Position numbers and translations under genes: made by a program. A stretch of 58,801 bases of DNA, taken from Gemmatimonadales bacterium (GTDB lineage Bacteria; Gemmatimonadota; Gemmatimonadetes; Gemmatimonadales; GWC2-71-9). The notes below the pieces were generated by a model. The model ran no database searches and was not told the DNA's origin. It saw nothing but the letters and a program-made list of their open reading frames with translations. This document shows, in pieces, positions 9,773 through 18,235 of the stretch. Every line of letters begins with the position of its first letter. Position 1 is the first letter of the stretch. The stretch is from positions 1 to 58,801 of the forward strand of contig JBFGDF010000004.1 in NCBI GenBank assembly GCA_041580775.1. Reading direction: 5' to 3'.

Positions 9773-10036
9773 ATGCGAGGGAAACCGACCATCGATCTGT
9801 CGGCCGGCGCGCGCACCCAGGCCCGTGCCTCGATCAAACGGTACTTCGCCGAGCACATGGACGAGGAGATCGGCGACCTCAAGGCCGATCTCCTGCTCGG
9901 CTACGTGCTCGAAGAGCTCGGACCGACCATCTACAACCGCGCCATCGCGGACGCGCGCGCGTTCTTCGAGGAACGGGCCGCCGACCTGGACGGCGTCTGC
10001 TATCGGGCCGAGTTCCCCTTCTGGACCACGGGGTAG
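9773..10036 (+). CDS. DUF2164-family protein
   Basis: SIKRYF.E..DEEIGDLKA.LLL...ELGP.IYN.AI.DA signature. Confidence 0.8.
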   Translation: MRGKPTIDLSAGARTQARASIKRYFAEHMDEEIGDLKADLLLGYVLEELGPTIYNRAIADARAFFEERAADLDGVCYRAEFPFWTTG

Positions 10037-10053
10037 CACGCGAGGGATCCGCC

Positions 10054-10395
10054 GTGCCGACGATTCACGCTCCGACTGACCTGTGCACCGTGATCATCAC
10101 CGTCGACGCCGACCCCGGCCTGGTGCCGGAGCTCGAGGCGCACGCCCGCGACGGGCTGGCGCGGTTTGGCGCGTTCGCCGGGTTTGTGGCGGGTGCCCTG
10201 CACCGCAGCGCGGACGGACGCCGTCTCGTGCAGTATCTGCAGTGGGCGCGGGAGGAGGACCACCTGGCGTGCGTGAACGCGCCCGTGTGGAATACCGTAC
10301 CCTCCTCCCAGCGCTTCATGGAGATCGTCGAGTCGGGCCGGGCGACGCTGGACGTGCGCACGTACACCGTCGTCGCTGCCAGGCCCGCCGGGTGA
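10054..10395 (+). CDS. Antibiotic biosynthesis monooxygenase (ABM)-like protein
   Basis: GFV...LHRS.DG.RLVQYLQW pattern. Confidence 0.75.
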   Translation: MPTIHAPTDLCTVIITVDADPGLVPELEAHARDGLARFGAFAGFVAGALHRSADGRRLVQYLQWAREEDHLACVNAPVWNTVPSSQRFMEIVESGRATLDVRTYTVVAARPAG

Positions 10396-10433
10396 GCGGG
10401 GAGGACCGGGGGCCGGGGGCGTCATGAGGTGGC

Positions 10434-10655
10434 GTGGCGGAATGTGGATACTGGCGTGCTCGTCGGGATGCCGGTGGCGCTTGCCGCGCGCTCGTCGTGG
10501 GGGCCGCCGGGGCGCTCGCCGGGACGGGCATCGGCGCCCTCGTCGGGTCGTTCATGCGCACGGAGCGGTGGGAGCACGTGTCGTTGGACGGCGTGCGGCT
10601 GAGCGGCGGGCCGTCGGGCCGGGCCGGGCTCGCGCTCTCGTGGTGGCTTCCGTGA
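10434..10655 (+). pseudogene. Possible C-terminal remnant of a glycine-zipper membrane protein
   Basis: GAAGALAGTGIGALVGS..RTERWE.V looks like a C-terminus; the N-terminal part is not protein-like. Confidence 0.35.
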
Positions 10656-10691
10656 CTTGCGATCGCCACAGCGGAATTCGAGGGGGGACAT

Positions 10692-11159
10692 ATGACGACG
10701 CTTCCCGATCCGGTCGCCGTGTTCTTGAGCGGCAAACGATTCGCCGTCGCCGGCGTCTCTCGCACGCCCGCCCAGGCGGCCAATGCCATCTTCCGCAAGC
10801 TGCGGGACACCGGGTATACGACCTACCCCGTCAACCCCAACGCGACCGAGGTGGAGGGGGTACCGTGCTTTGCGGACCTCGCCGCGCTGCCGGAGCCGGT
10901 CGACGGCGTGGTCGTGGCCACCCATCCCGATGTCGCCGTGGACGTCGTCCGCCAGTGCGGCGCGCGTGGCGTACCGCGCGTCTGGTTTCACCGGTCGTTT
11001 GGCCAGGGAAGCGTCTCGGACGCCGCTGTGCGTGCGTGCGCCGAGCGGGGGATCGACTGCATCGTCGGCGGCTGTCCCCTCATGTTCTGCGAGCCGGTGG
11101 ACATCGGCCACAAGTGCATGCGCTGGTGGCTGCAGCGCCGTGGCCGCGTGCCGCGCTGA
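10692..11159 (+). CDS. CoA-binding domain protein
   Basis: FAVAGVS, YPVNP, VWFH, GGCPLM; strong RBS GAGGGGGG. Confidence 0.85.
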   Translation: MTTLPDPVAVFLSGKRFAVAGVSRTPAQAANAIFRKLRDTGYTTYPVNPNATEVEGVPCFADLAALPEPVDGVVVATHPDVAVDVVRQCGARGVPRVWFHRSFGQGSVSDAAVRACAERGIDCIVGGCPLMFCEPVDIGHKCMRWWLQRRGRVPR

Positions 11160-11170
11160 CCGCGGCTGCG

Positions 11171-11679
11171 ATGCCCGAGCTGGCGATTCACCTCACGAAG
11201 CGCGCGGACGGCGGCGCCGTGTTCCGCCTCGTGCGCGCGGACGGATCGGCCACGTGGCAGCGGCACGACGGCCACCGGGCGGGGTTCTTTCCGGCGCACG
11301 ACCTGACGCACCTCGCCATCGAGACGGAGCTGGGATTCCGGCGCGGATTCTACGGACTCGTCGCCGAGGGGTGGTCCCTCGAGGAGACCGAGGGGAAGAG
11401 CGCGCGGGGACCCCTGCCTCCCGAAGCCATGGCGGTGGAGTACCTCGTGGGCGCGCTCGATCTCGAGCGGGCGGGAGGGGTAGAGTGGACGGCGGCGGAG
11501 TTCACGCGCACGCCGCCCGGTTCGCCGACGGACGGAACCTCACGGTCCCGGCCCTGACGGACGGTGAGCTGGCGCGCGTGCGCGCGCGGGTGCGCGAGCT
11601 GCTCGGGCGCTGGGGCACGCTTCCGCCGGGCGGCACAGTGGAGCTCACCTTCGACCGGCCGACGCCCGGATCCCCGTGA
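11171..11679 (+). pseudogene. Hypothetical protein with HDxxH...E motif, frameshifted near 11504
   Basis: First frame protein-like to WTAAEF; continues in another frame as HAARFADG...VELTF; one added A restores EFNAHAARF. Confidence 0.65.
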
Positions 11680-12044
11680 TGCCTGGAGGTCGCCTATGGC
11701 TGCTCGCGGCCGTCGCTGTGCCGGCCTGCGCGTCCCGGGCACCTCTTCCCGTGACGCTCACCGGCCCGTGCGATCCCCGGCAGATCTGCGTGACCGCCGA
11801 CGTCCGGGACTCGGCGGGCATGCCGCTCCCCGGGGCGGCGGTCATCCTCGTGCCGACGAGCTGTTATGCCCTGACCGATTCGGCGGGACACGCGCCGCTC
11901 TGGTGCGACGCCGATCGCGCCGACGGGATGCGGGTGCGCCGGCTCGGCTACGAGCCGTGGGCCGTCGAGTACACGATGGCGCGCGGCCAGGGGTACGCGC
12001 TGCGGGTCACCATGCAGCCGGTCCCGCCGAACATCCGACGCTGA
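11679..12044 (+). CDS. Lipoprotein with carboxypeptidase-regulatory-like (Ig-like) domain
   Basis: Lipobox-like VPAC; VRDSAGMPLPGAAV, TDSAG, RRLGY. Confidence 0.6.
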   Translation: MPGGRLWLLAAVAVPACASRAPLPVTLTGPCDPRQICVTADVRDSAGMPLPGAAVILVPTSCYALTDSAGHAPLWCDADRADGMRVRRLGYEPWAVEYTMARGQGYALRVTMQPVPPNIRR

Positions 12045-12088
12045 CTGTCGCCGATTCGTCCGGCCCGTTCACCCCAACCGAACCCCCG

Positions 12089-12604
12089 ATGCCCCCTCAT
12101 CCTCCCATCGACCCGCGCGTCACGATCGGTCACGTCCACCTCAAGGTGGCCGACCTCGACCGCGCCCTCGCGTTCTACCACGACGTGCTCGGCTTCGAGA
12201 TCACCCAGCGCATGGGCAGCCAGGCCGCCTTCCTGAGCGCCGGCGGCTATCACCACCACCTGGGCCTGAACACGTGGGAAAGCCGCGGCGGACCGCGGCC
12301 GGCGCGCGGCACGACCGGGCTCTACCACATCGCGATCCGCTATCCGGAACGGCGCGTGCTCGCGGACGCGTACCGGCGGGTGACCGCCGCGGGCATCGCG
12401 CTCCGCGGGGCCTCGGACCACGGCGTGAGCGAGGCGCTCTACCTCGACGACCCGGACGGGAACGGCGTGGAGCTGTACTGGGACCGCCCGCCCGCCGCGT
12501 GGCCCCGGACCCCCGACGGCACCCTGGCCATGATCACGCAGCCGCTCGACCTCCGGTCGCTCCTGGCGGAGCCCGGGGAATCGCCACCCGCCGTCCCGGC
12601 CTAG
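12089..12604 (+). CDS. VOC/glyoxalase family protein (catechol 2,3-dioxygenase CatE-like)
   Basis: IGHVHLKV, GGYHHHLGLNTW, DHGVSEALYLDDPDGNGVELY. Confidence 0.88.
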   Translation: MPPHPPIDPRVTIGHVHLKVADLDRALAFYHDVLGFEITQRMGSQAAFLSAGGYHHHLGLNTWESRGGPRPARGTTGLYHIAIRYPERRVLADAYRRVTAAGIALRGASDHGVSEALYLDDPDGNGVELYWDRPPAAWPRTPDGTLAMITQPLDLRSLLAEPGESPPAVPA

Positions 12605-12613
12605 CCGTACCCC

Positions 12614-12654
12614 TGGACGGATGGCCAAATATATGTATATTGCGATGTTATCAT
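12614..12654 (+). promoter_or_regulatory. AT-rich promoter/operator of the FmdB-like gene
   Basis: Palindrome AATATA-TG-TATATT (12628-12641); extended -10 TGnTATCAT (12646-12654). Confidence 0.55.
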
Positions 12655-12687
12655 TGACCAGTTGAATCTGTCATCCGATCGAGACGC

Positions 12688-12897
12688 ATGCCCCGATACG
12701 ACTACACCTGTCAGTCCTGCGACCAGCCGTTCGTGGTACGCATGAGCATGACCGAGTACGGCGAGGGGGTCACGCCCGCCTGCACCACCTGTGGCTCGGC
12801 GGACGTCACGCGGCGCTTTGCCGCGGTGAACGTGCTCACGGGTTCCCGCGCGACCGGCGGAGGGGCCGCCGCGTGCGGGCCGACGGGCTTCGGCTGA
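12688..12897 (+). CDS. FmdB-family zinc-ribbon protein
   Basis: MPRYDYTCQSC...CTTCGS and Gly-rich tail with Cys. Confidence 0.88.
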   Translation: MPRYDYTCQSCDQPFVVRMSMTEYGEGVTPACTTCGSADVTRRFAAVNVLTGSRATGGGAAACGPTGFG

Positions 12898-12944
12898 GCG
12901 GTGTGACACGGCCGCTCAGGTCTGGGCGGGAGCGATAACGAGCA

Positions 12945-12976
12945 CGGCCGGCGTCACGCCATCGCGACGCCGGCCG
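12945..12976. terminator. GC hairpin between convergent FmdB-like and osmC-like genes
   Basis: 11-bp perfect inverted repeat CGGCCGGCGTC/GACGCCGGCCG; no clear U-tract. Confidence 0.45.
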
Positions 12977-12995
12977 AGGTGTATGTGCGGGATCG

Positions 12996-13412
12996 TCAGC
13001 CGGCGGCGACGCCGCTGCCCTCCGTGATCGTCACGGCGATCTCCGGTGCATGCGTGAGGGTGTGATGCACCGTACATCCCTCCGCCGCGCGCTGCACAGC
13101 GTCCCGGTACTTCTCGGGGACGCCTCCGGGGATCTTCACCTCGAGATCGAACCGGGCGAGCCGGTTGGGCTGCGCCGCCCCGACGGCCGTCACGGCCACC
13201 GTCATCCCGGTAGGATCGAGCCCGCGGGTGGCCAGAAACTGCTGGACGTACAGCGCCACGCACGTACCGAGTGAGGCGGGCAGCAGCTCCACGGGCATCG
13301 GCGCCTTGTCCGCGCCACCCGCCTTCGCCGGCTGATCCACCGTCACCTTGTGCCCGCGGATGTCCGCCGTGAAGCGCAGCGCCCCGTCCCAGGTGACCGT
13401 GATGGGCCGCAT
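12996..13412 (-). CDS. OsmC-family protein
   Basis: DQP...GG.D..P.PVELL.ASLGTC...GCTVHHTL (two Cys); TGATG coupling to trxA. Confidence 0.85.
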   Translation of the reverse strand: MRPITVTWDGALRFTADIRGHKVTVDQPAKAGGADKAPMPVELLPASLGTCVALYVQQFLATRGLDPTGMTVAVTAVGAAQPNRLARFDLEVKIPGGVPEKYRDAVQRAAEGCTVHHTLTHAPEIAVTITEGSGVAAG

Positions 13413-13756
13413 CAGACCTCCTGGGTGGCGCCGTTCAGGTGTTTGTCCAGCATGCCGCTGAAGAAGGTCCTGGGCGCGGCACCCAGCACGCCGTCCACCA
13501 CCTCGCCCTGCTTGAACAGCGCGACCGTGGGGATCGAGCGGATCCCGTACTGCTCGGCCGTGCGCGGGTTCTCGTCCACGTTGAGCTTCACGACGCGCAC
13601 GCGGCCGTCGTACTCCTTCGCGACCTCTTCGAGCACCGGCCCGACGGCACGGCATGGCCCGCACCAGGGCGCCCAGAAGTCCACCAGCACTGGTCCCTCA
13701 GCAGTCAGCACGTCCGCGGCGAACGTGGCATCGGTTGTCGGCTTCACGAACGACAT
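13412..13756 (-). CDS. trxA: Thioredoxin
   Basis: VDFWAPWCGPC, SIPT cis-Pro loop; GGAGG RBS. Confidence 0.95.
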   Translation of the reverse strand: MSFVKPTTDATFAADVLTAEGPVLVDFWAPWCGPCRAVGPVLEEVAKEYDGRVRVVKLNVDENPRTAEQYGIRSIPTVALFKQGEVVDGVLGAAPRTFFSGMLDKHLNGATQEV

Positions 13757-13839
13757 GCGTCCTCCAAACCCATGAGAGATGGCGTGCCCCGCACCGACGC
13801 GCCGGCCCCCCGGCTGGGGTGGTGCGCACGCTCCTTAAT

Positions 13840-13868
13840 ATAGTAACATTGCTATTATACAATGTCAA
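13840..13868 (-). promoter_or_regulatory. Sigma70-type promoter of trxA-osmC with overlapping palindrome
   Basis: TTGACA-17 nt-TACTAT with extended TG; imperfect palindrome ATAGCAA-TG-TTACTAT. Confidence 0.75.
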
Positions 13869-13912
13869 CCCCGGATCGCGGCCGGTCGCTGCTCCGGCCC
13901 CCCAACAACGCG

Positions 13913-13942
13913 CCGGCCGCCGAGGGGGTTCCCGGCGGCCGG
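13913..13942 (-). terminator. Hairpin downstream of the surface-protein operon
   Basis: 10-bp perfect inverted repeat CCGGCCGCCG/CGGCGGCCGG, about 20 nt past the stop. Confidence 0.45.
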
Positions 13943-13963
13943 ATCACGTTGATTATCAATGGC

Positions 13964-14374
13964 TTACGGTGTCGCTGGCGACTCCACGCTGAGCGTGTAC
14001 CCTGCGGTGGGGCGCTGGGCAAACGTGCCCCGCGTGGCGACCTCCACGACGGTCGCGCCATACGTGCCGGCAGCGCCGATACTCGGCACGAGGATCTGGG
14101 CCACGGTCCCCGCCGCGAGATTGCCGACGATCACGACGCGAACGGAGGACGCGCTCTCGCGGCGCAGGAACGTGTTGGGGAACGTCGACCGCACCGAGTC
14201 GATCTGTGCGCCGGTCACCGTGAACAGGATGCCCCCGTCGTCGAGATTGGGGGTCGTGAGCCGCACGTTCACCCAACCCGGGGTGGGTGGCGCGACGGGC
14301 TCGCTGCCGCAGGTGACCACCCCGCCCGCGAGCACGAGGCCGGCCAGCGTCGTCACGACGCGTCGGGCGGTCAT
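13964..14374 (-). CDS. Small all-beta lipoprotein, cohesin-like (inferred)
   Basis: Lipobox-like VVTC; 8-9 alternating beta-strand segments; ATGA overlap with upstream gene. Confidence 0.65.
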   Translation of the reverse strand: MTARRVVTTLAGLVLAGGVVTCGSEPVAPPTPGWVNVRLTTPNLDDGGILFTVTGAQIDSVRSTFPNTFLRRESASSVRVVIVGNLAAGTVAQILVPSIGAAGTYGATVVEVATRGTFAQRPTAGYTLSVESPATP

Positions 14375-17300
14375 TGGCCCTCCTTCCGCGGCGGCGGCGG
14401 CGCGCCGGTCGCGCTCCCGCGGGCGATGAAGGCGACAAAATCGCCGAGGTTGAACTGGCCGTCGCGGTTACCGGCCAGGTCGAGCCAGCGGCGTTGGGTC
14501 GGGTCGAGGCAGGTCTCCCCCAGGAGGTGGCTCGCGGCGCAGGCGGCGGCAACGGCCGGTGCCCGTACCACGAACACGTCCACCACCCGCGCCGAATCCC
14601 CCGCGGCCGAGACGACGGTGATCGTATCGCGGAACACGCCGTCGGCGAGATCGGCAGCCGACCGGGTCCAGGAGATGGTCCCGCTCCCCTGCCCCGCGGT
14701 CGTGAGCAGCGTGAGCCATGGCGCGGCGCCGTGTGTGGCCGTCCACGCGGTGATCGAGTCAGTCCCGCCGCTCAGCAGCAGCTGCGCGGAGCCCGGCCGG
14801 GCGCCGGCGGTGCCGGAGACGGCCGTGTCACTGGTGGCCGTGGGGTTGAGCGCGACGGCGGCGGCCCGCACCACGAGCGAGTCCACGATCCGCGCCGGGC
14901 TGCCGGTGGCCGCCGTCGAGGTGATCGTGATCGTGTCGACGTGCACGCCGACGGCCCGGCCAGCGGGGTTCCGGGTCCATCGGGCAGTCCCCGGGCCGGT
15001 CCCACTGCCGGTCGTGACGGTGATCCAGACGCCGCGGTTGGCGGCGGCGGACCACGTCGCGGTCGACGCCCCGGTGCCGGAGAGCAGCACGGCGGCGGAA
15101 TCCGCGCGCGGGACCGTTGCCCCCACCGTCACCGTGTCGGAGCGGCTGGCGGGGCTGACGTCGAGCGCCAGCGTCCCTTGCACCACGAGCGAGTCCACCA
15201 GGCGCCACGGTGAGTCGACGGCCCCTGGCGCCGCCACCGTGATCGTGTCCACGTAGATCCCCGCGGTGAGTCCCGCCGGACTCCGCGTCCACGTGACCCT
15301 GCCGCTCCCGGTCCCGCCACTCGTGCCCAGGGTGAGCCACGCGGCACTCCCGTGCGTGGCGTTCCACGTCGCGGTGGCCGCGTTGGTCCCCGTGAGCAAC
15401 ACGGCGGCGGAATCCGACCGCGGCGCCGTCGCCCCCACCGTCACCGTGTCGCGCCGCGTCCCCGGCACGACGGCGAGTGTCAACACCCGGTCGAGCTGGA
15501 GCTGGAACATGCCGCGGCCGTGCGTTGCCGCGATCAGCGTCGCGGTGGCGGGGTTGTAGGCGATGTCATACACCGCCACGTTGGGCAGGCCCTGATCCAG
15601 GGGTGCCCACGTCCCCCCACTGTCCGCCGACATGAACACGCCCAGGTCCGTCCCGATCAGGACGATGCCGCGGCTGGCCGGATCCAGGATCACGGCGTTC
15701 ACCGGAACGTCGGGAAGGGCCCCGCTCACGTCGTTCCAGGTCTGCCCGCCGTTCACCGTGCGGAAGACGTGCCCCGTGCCGAACCCCGACACAGCAACGT
15801 ACGCCGTCTGCCAATCGGCGCGATCCACCGCGATGTCCTGCACGAACCGGTTCGGCAACCCACCGGTGCGCGGGGCCCACGAAGCGCCGCCGTCGGTGGT
15901 CAGCTGCAGGAGGCCATTGTTCGTACCCACGTACACCGCCAGCCGGTTGGTCGGCGCGGGCGCGATGGCCGTGATGGTCCCCGAGCCGCCCGTCAGATCC
16001 GGGCTGATCGCGGTCCAGCTCTCGGCGCGATCGGTGGTCCGGTAGAGGCGGTACGTCCCGAAGTAGAGCGTGGCCGCGTTGACGGGGTCCATCACGAGCG
16101 GCGGGATGAACTGCGCCCGGTCGCCGGCGGCGATCCCGTTTACCTTCAGCACGAAGCCGCCGCCGTCAGACCGGCGCGGCCCGCCGATCCCACTGTTGGC
16201 CGTCCACTGGGTCTCGGCGTACCGCACGGTGGGGTTGTCGTGGTCGATGGCCGTGTAGCCCCCATCGGCGCCCAACACGAAGAGCCAGTTCGGCACCCCG
16301 GTGTACTGCAGCGTGCCGTTGTCCTGCGTGCCGCCCAGCACGATCGTCCGGTCGCTCGGGTGGAGCGAGATCCCCTCGTAGAACTGCGTGAGCTCGAGGC
16401 CCGTATTCAGGCTCGTCCAGCTCGTGCCGCCGTTGGTGGAGCGGTAGATCCCGCCGTCGTTGGCCGCGTACACCGTCTGCGGGTCCTGCGGGTCGAACGT
16501 CATCAGGTGCTGATCCACGTGGATGAAGCTGGTGATGTTCTGGAACGTGGCGCCGGCATCGGTGGAGCGGTACAGGCTCACGCCCCCGAAGTAGATCGTG
16601 GTGGGCGTCGTGGGATGCACCGTGATGTACATGTCGTACCAGCACTGGGAGCCGCACGAGGCACCGCTCGCCGCCAGCGGCGTCCAGGTGCCGCCGCCGT
16701 CAAGCGTGCGCCAGATGCCCAGCAGCTGGCTCGTGGACGTATTGTGGACCGACGCATACAGCGTATCGGGCGCCGTCGGCGTGAGCGCGAGGTTGATGCG
16801 ACCCACCTGCGCGGTGGGAAAGCCGGACGGGAGCGCCGTCCACGTCGCGCCGCGGTCGACGGTCTTGTAGACGCCGCGCGTGCGAATCGCCGCGTAGAGA
16901 ATGGAGTCGTTGGTGGGGTGGATCACCAGATCGGTGGCGGCGCACGTGGGAAAACTGGAGCAGCCCAGCGCCCCGACCAGCAGCTCGCTCCAGGTGCCGC
17001 CGCCGTCCGTGGAGCGGAACAGCCCCAAGTCACTCGCCGCGAACACCGTGGTCGTCGCCGGCGTCCCGGCGGTACTCGGCGCGAGCACGACGCGGGAGAT
17101 CCGGGCGCCGCCGGCCCCGGGCGCGAACGCGCTCGCGCCGAGCCGCGTCCAGGTCGCGCCGCCGTCCGTGGAGCGGAGCAGTCCGCACCCGTAGTAGCTG
17201 TCGCCGGAAAAATGCTGCTCGCCGGTGCCCGCGTAGACGATATCGGGATTCACGGGATCGAGTGCGATCGAGCCCATCGCGAGCGAGCATTCGCGGTCCG

Positions 17301-17694
17301 TGAGCGGCGTCCACGAAGCACCGCCGTCCACCGTCTTCCACACGCCCCCCTGCGCGCCACCGACGTAGATGACGCTGGCGTTCGTGGGATGCACGGCAAT
17401 CGCCGACATCCGGCCCACCGAGGTCCCGAAGAGGGGGATGGCGTTGGGCCCGAGCGGCTGCCACTGCGTGCCGCTGATCGGCGGCGGCGCGCCAAGGAGG
17501 CGGGCCCCACGCGTGGCCGCCAGTTGCGCGCGCGCGCGTTGCAGGGCGTTCGGCGGAATCCGCTCGAACGGGTACGCCCGGCGCCGGTAGGCATCCTCCC
17601 AGCGCAGGCGTGGGTTGTCGTCGGGCTCCTGCGCGCGGGCGCCGGGAACCAGCGCGAGTGCCGCGCAGGCAGTCACCAGCAGGGTCCGTGTCAC
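14371..17694 (-). CDS. Secreted BNR/Asp-box (VPS10/sortilin-like) beta-propeller protein with three BACON-like repeats and a C-terminal dockerin-like motif
   Basis: Signal peptide ARAQ; many S/TxDGGxTW Asp-boxes; YAGTGE, HVDQH, GGTQDNG; three WL/ITxxxxSGTG.G..W repeats; DLAGNRDGQFNLGDF tail. Confidence 0.88.
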   Translation of the reverse strand: MTRTLLVTACAALALVPGARAQEPDDNPRLRWEDAYRRRAYPFERIPPNALQRARAQLAATRGARLLGAPPPISGTQWQPLGPNAIPLFGTSVGRMSAIAVHPTNASVIYVGGAQGGVWKTVDGGASWTPLTDRECSLAMGSIALDPVNPDIVYAGTGEQHFSGDSYYGCGLLRSTDGGATWTRLGASAFAPGAGGARISRVVLAPSTAGTPATTTVFAASDLGLFRSTDGGGTWSELLVGALGCSSFPTCAATDLVIHPTNDSILYAAIRTRGVYKTVDRGATWTALPSGFPTAQVGRINLALTPTAPDTLYASVHNTSTSQLLGIWRTLDGGGTWTPLAASGASCGSQCWYDMYITVHPTTPTTIYFGGVSLYRSTDAGATFQNITSFIHVDQHLMTFDPQDPQTVYAANDGGIYRSTNGGTSWTSLNTGLELTQFYEGISLHPSDRTIVLGGTQDNGTLQYTGVPNWLFVLGADGGYTAIDHDNPTVRYAETQWTANSGIGGPRRSDGGGFVLKVNGIAAGDRAQFIPPLVMDPVNAATLYFGTYRLYRTTDRAESWTAISPDLTGGSGTITAIAPAPTNRLAVYVGTNNGLLQLTTDGGASWAPRTGGLPNRFVQDIAVDRADWQTAYVAVSGFGTGHVFRTVNGGQTWNDVSGALPDVPVNAVILDPASRGIVLIGTDLGVFMSADSGGTWAPLDQGLPNVAVYDIAYNPATATLIAATHGRGMFQLQLDRVLTLAVVPGTRRDTVTVGATAPRSDSAAVLLTGTNAATATWNATHGSAAWLTLGTSGGTGSGRVTWTRSPAGLTAGIYVDTITVAAPGAVDSPWRLVDSLVVQGTLALDVSPASRSDTVTVGATVPRADSAAVLLSGTGASTATWSAAANRGVWITVTTGSGTGPGTARWTRNPAGRAVGVHVDTITITSTAATGSPARIVDSLVVRAAAVALNPTATSDTAVSGTAGARPGSAQLLLSGGTDSITAWTATHGAAPWLTLLTTAGQGSGTISWTRSAADLADGVFRDTITVVSAAGDSARVVDVFVVRAPAVAAACAASHLLGETCLDPTQRRWLDLAGNRDGQFNLGDFVAFIARGSATGAPPPPRKEGQ
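14565..15480 (-). repeat. Three tandem ~100-aa BACON-like domain repeats
   Basis: Protein repeat DTVTVGAT.PR.DSAAVLL.GT...W...W.T...SG.G.G...WTR..AG...G...DTIT; DNA similarity between ~15090-15140 and ~15400-15450. Confidence 0.8.
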
Positions 17695-18134
17695 CGGCCA
17701 CTCCCCGGCCCGGGGGTGAGCATGAAGATCGCCGGCGCGCTCGTCCCCTCCGCGGTCGTCACCGTAACCTCGTAGTGGCCCGGCAGCAGCGGCGCGGGCG
17801 GCACTTCACTCGTGCTCGGGGTCTCTTTCGGAACGAACACCACGATGCGGGTCCCTCCATTGGCCGATGGGACGTCCAGAAGCACGACCGGCCCCACCCG
17901 GACCGCGTTGCCCACCGGCGCGAACCCCGTGCCCTCGATCGTGAGGCGGATGGGATACGCCACCCCGGCCGGCCCGGCCGCGGGCTCGAGCCGCGTGATC
18001 ACCGGTCCCACCGCCACGGCGCCGGCGTTCGGGGTTCCACCCGGCCGCGGGCATCCGAGCAGCACGCCGCACACCGCCAGGCCCGCAAGCCGACGACTCA
18101 GCTCCCTGCGACCCCACACGACCGACCTCCCCAC
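17691..18134 (-). CDS. IPT/TIG-domain lipoprotein
   Basis: LLGC lipobox; PVITRLEPAAG, LTIEGTGF, YEVTVTT..GTS; start uncertain; GTGA overlap with next gene. Confidence 0.75.
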   Translation of the reverse strand: MGRSVVWGRRELSRRLAGLAVCGVLLGCPRPGGTPNAGAVAVGPVITRLEPAAGPAGVAYPIRLTIEGTGFAPVGNAVRVGPVVLLDVPSANGGTRIVVFVPKETPSTSEVPPAPLLPGHYEVTVTTAEGTSAPAIFMLTPGPGSGR

Positions 18135-18235
18135 GATGCCGGAAGCTGGCAGCCCGCGCGGGGTGTCGCAAGTCGGAACGTCGGTCTTGCGGCTCGCGCA
18201 TTCGCGACCCTTGTTACGACAGGGAGGCGCGCGGC

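Noticed and set aside
14565-17400. Repeated DNA words resembling a CRISPR or tandem array
   Set aside because: They are coding repeats (Asp-boxes and BACON-like domains), degenerate at third positions, with no spacer structure or cas genes.
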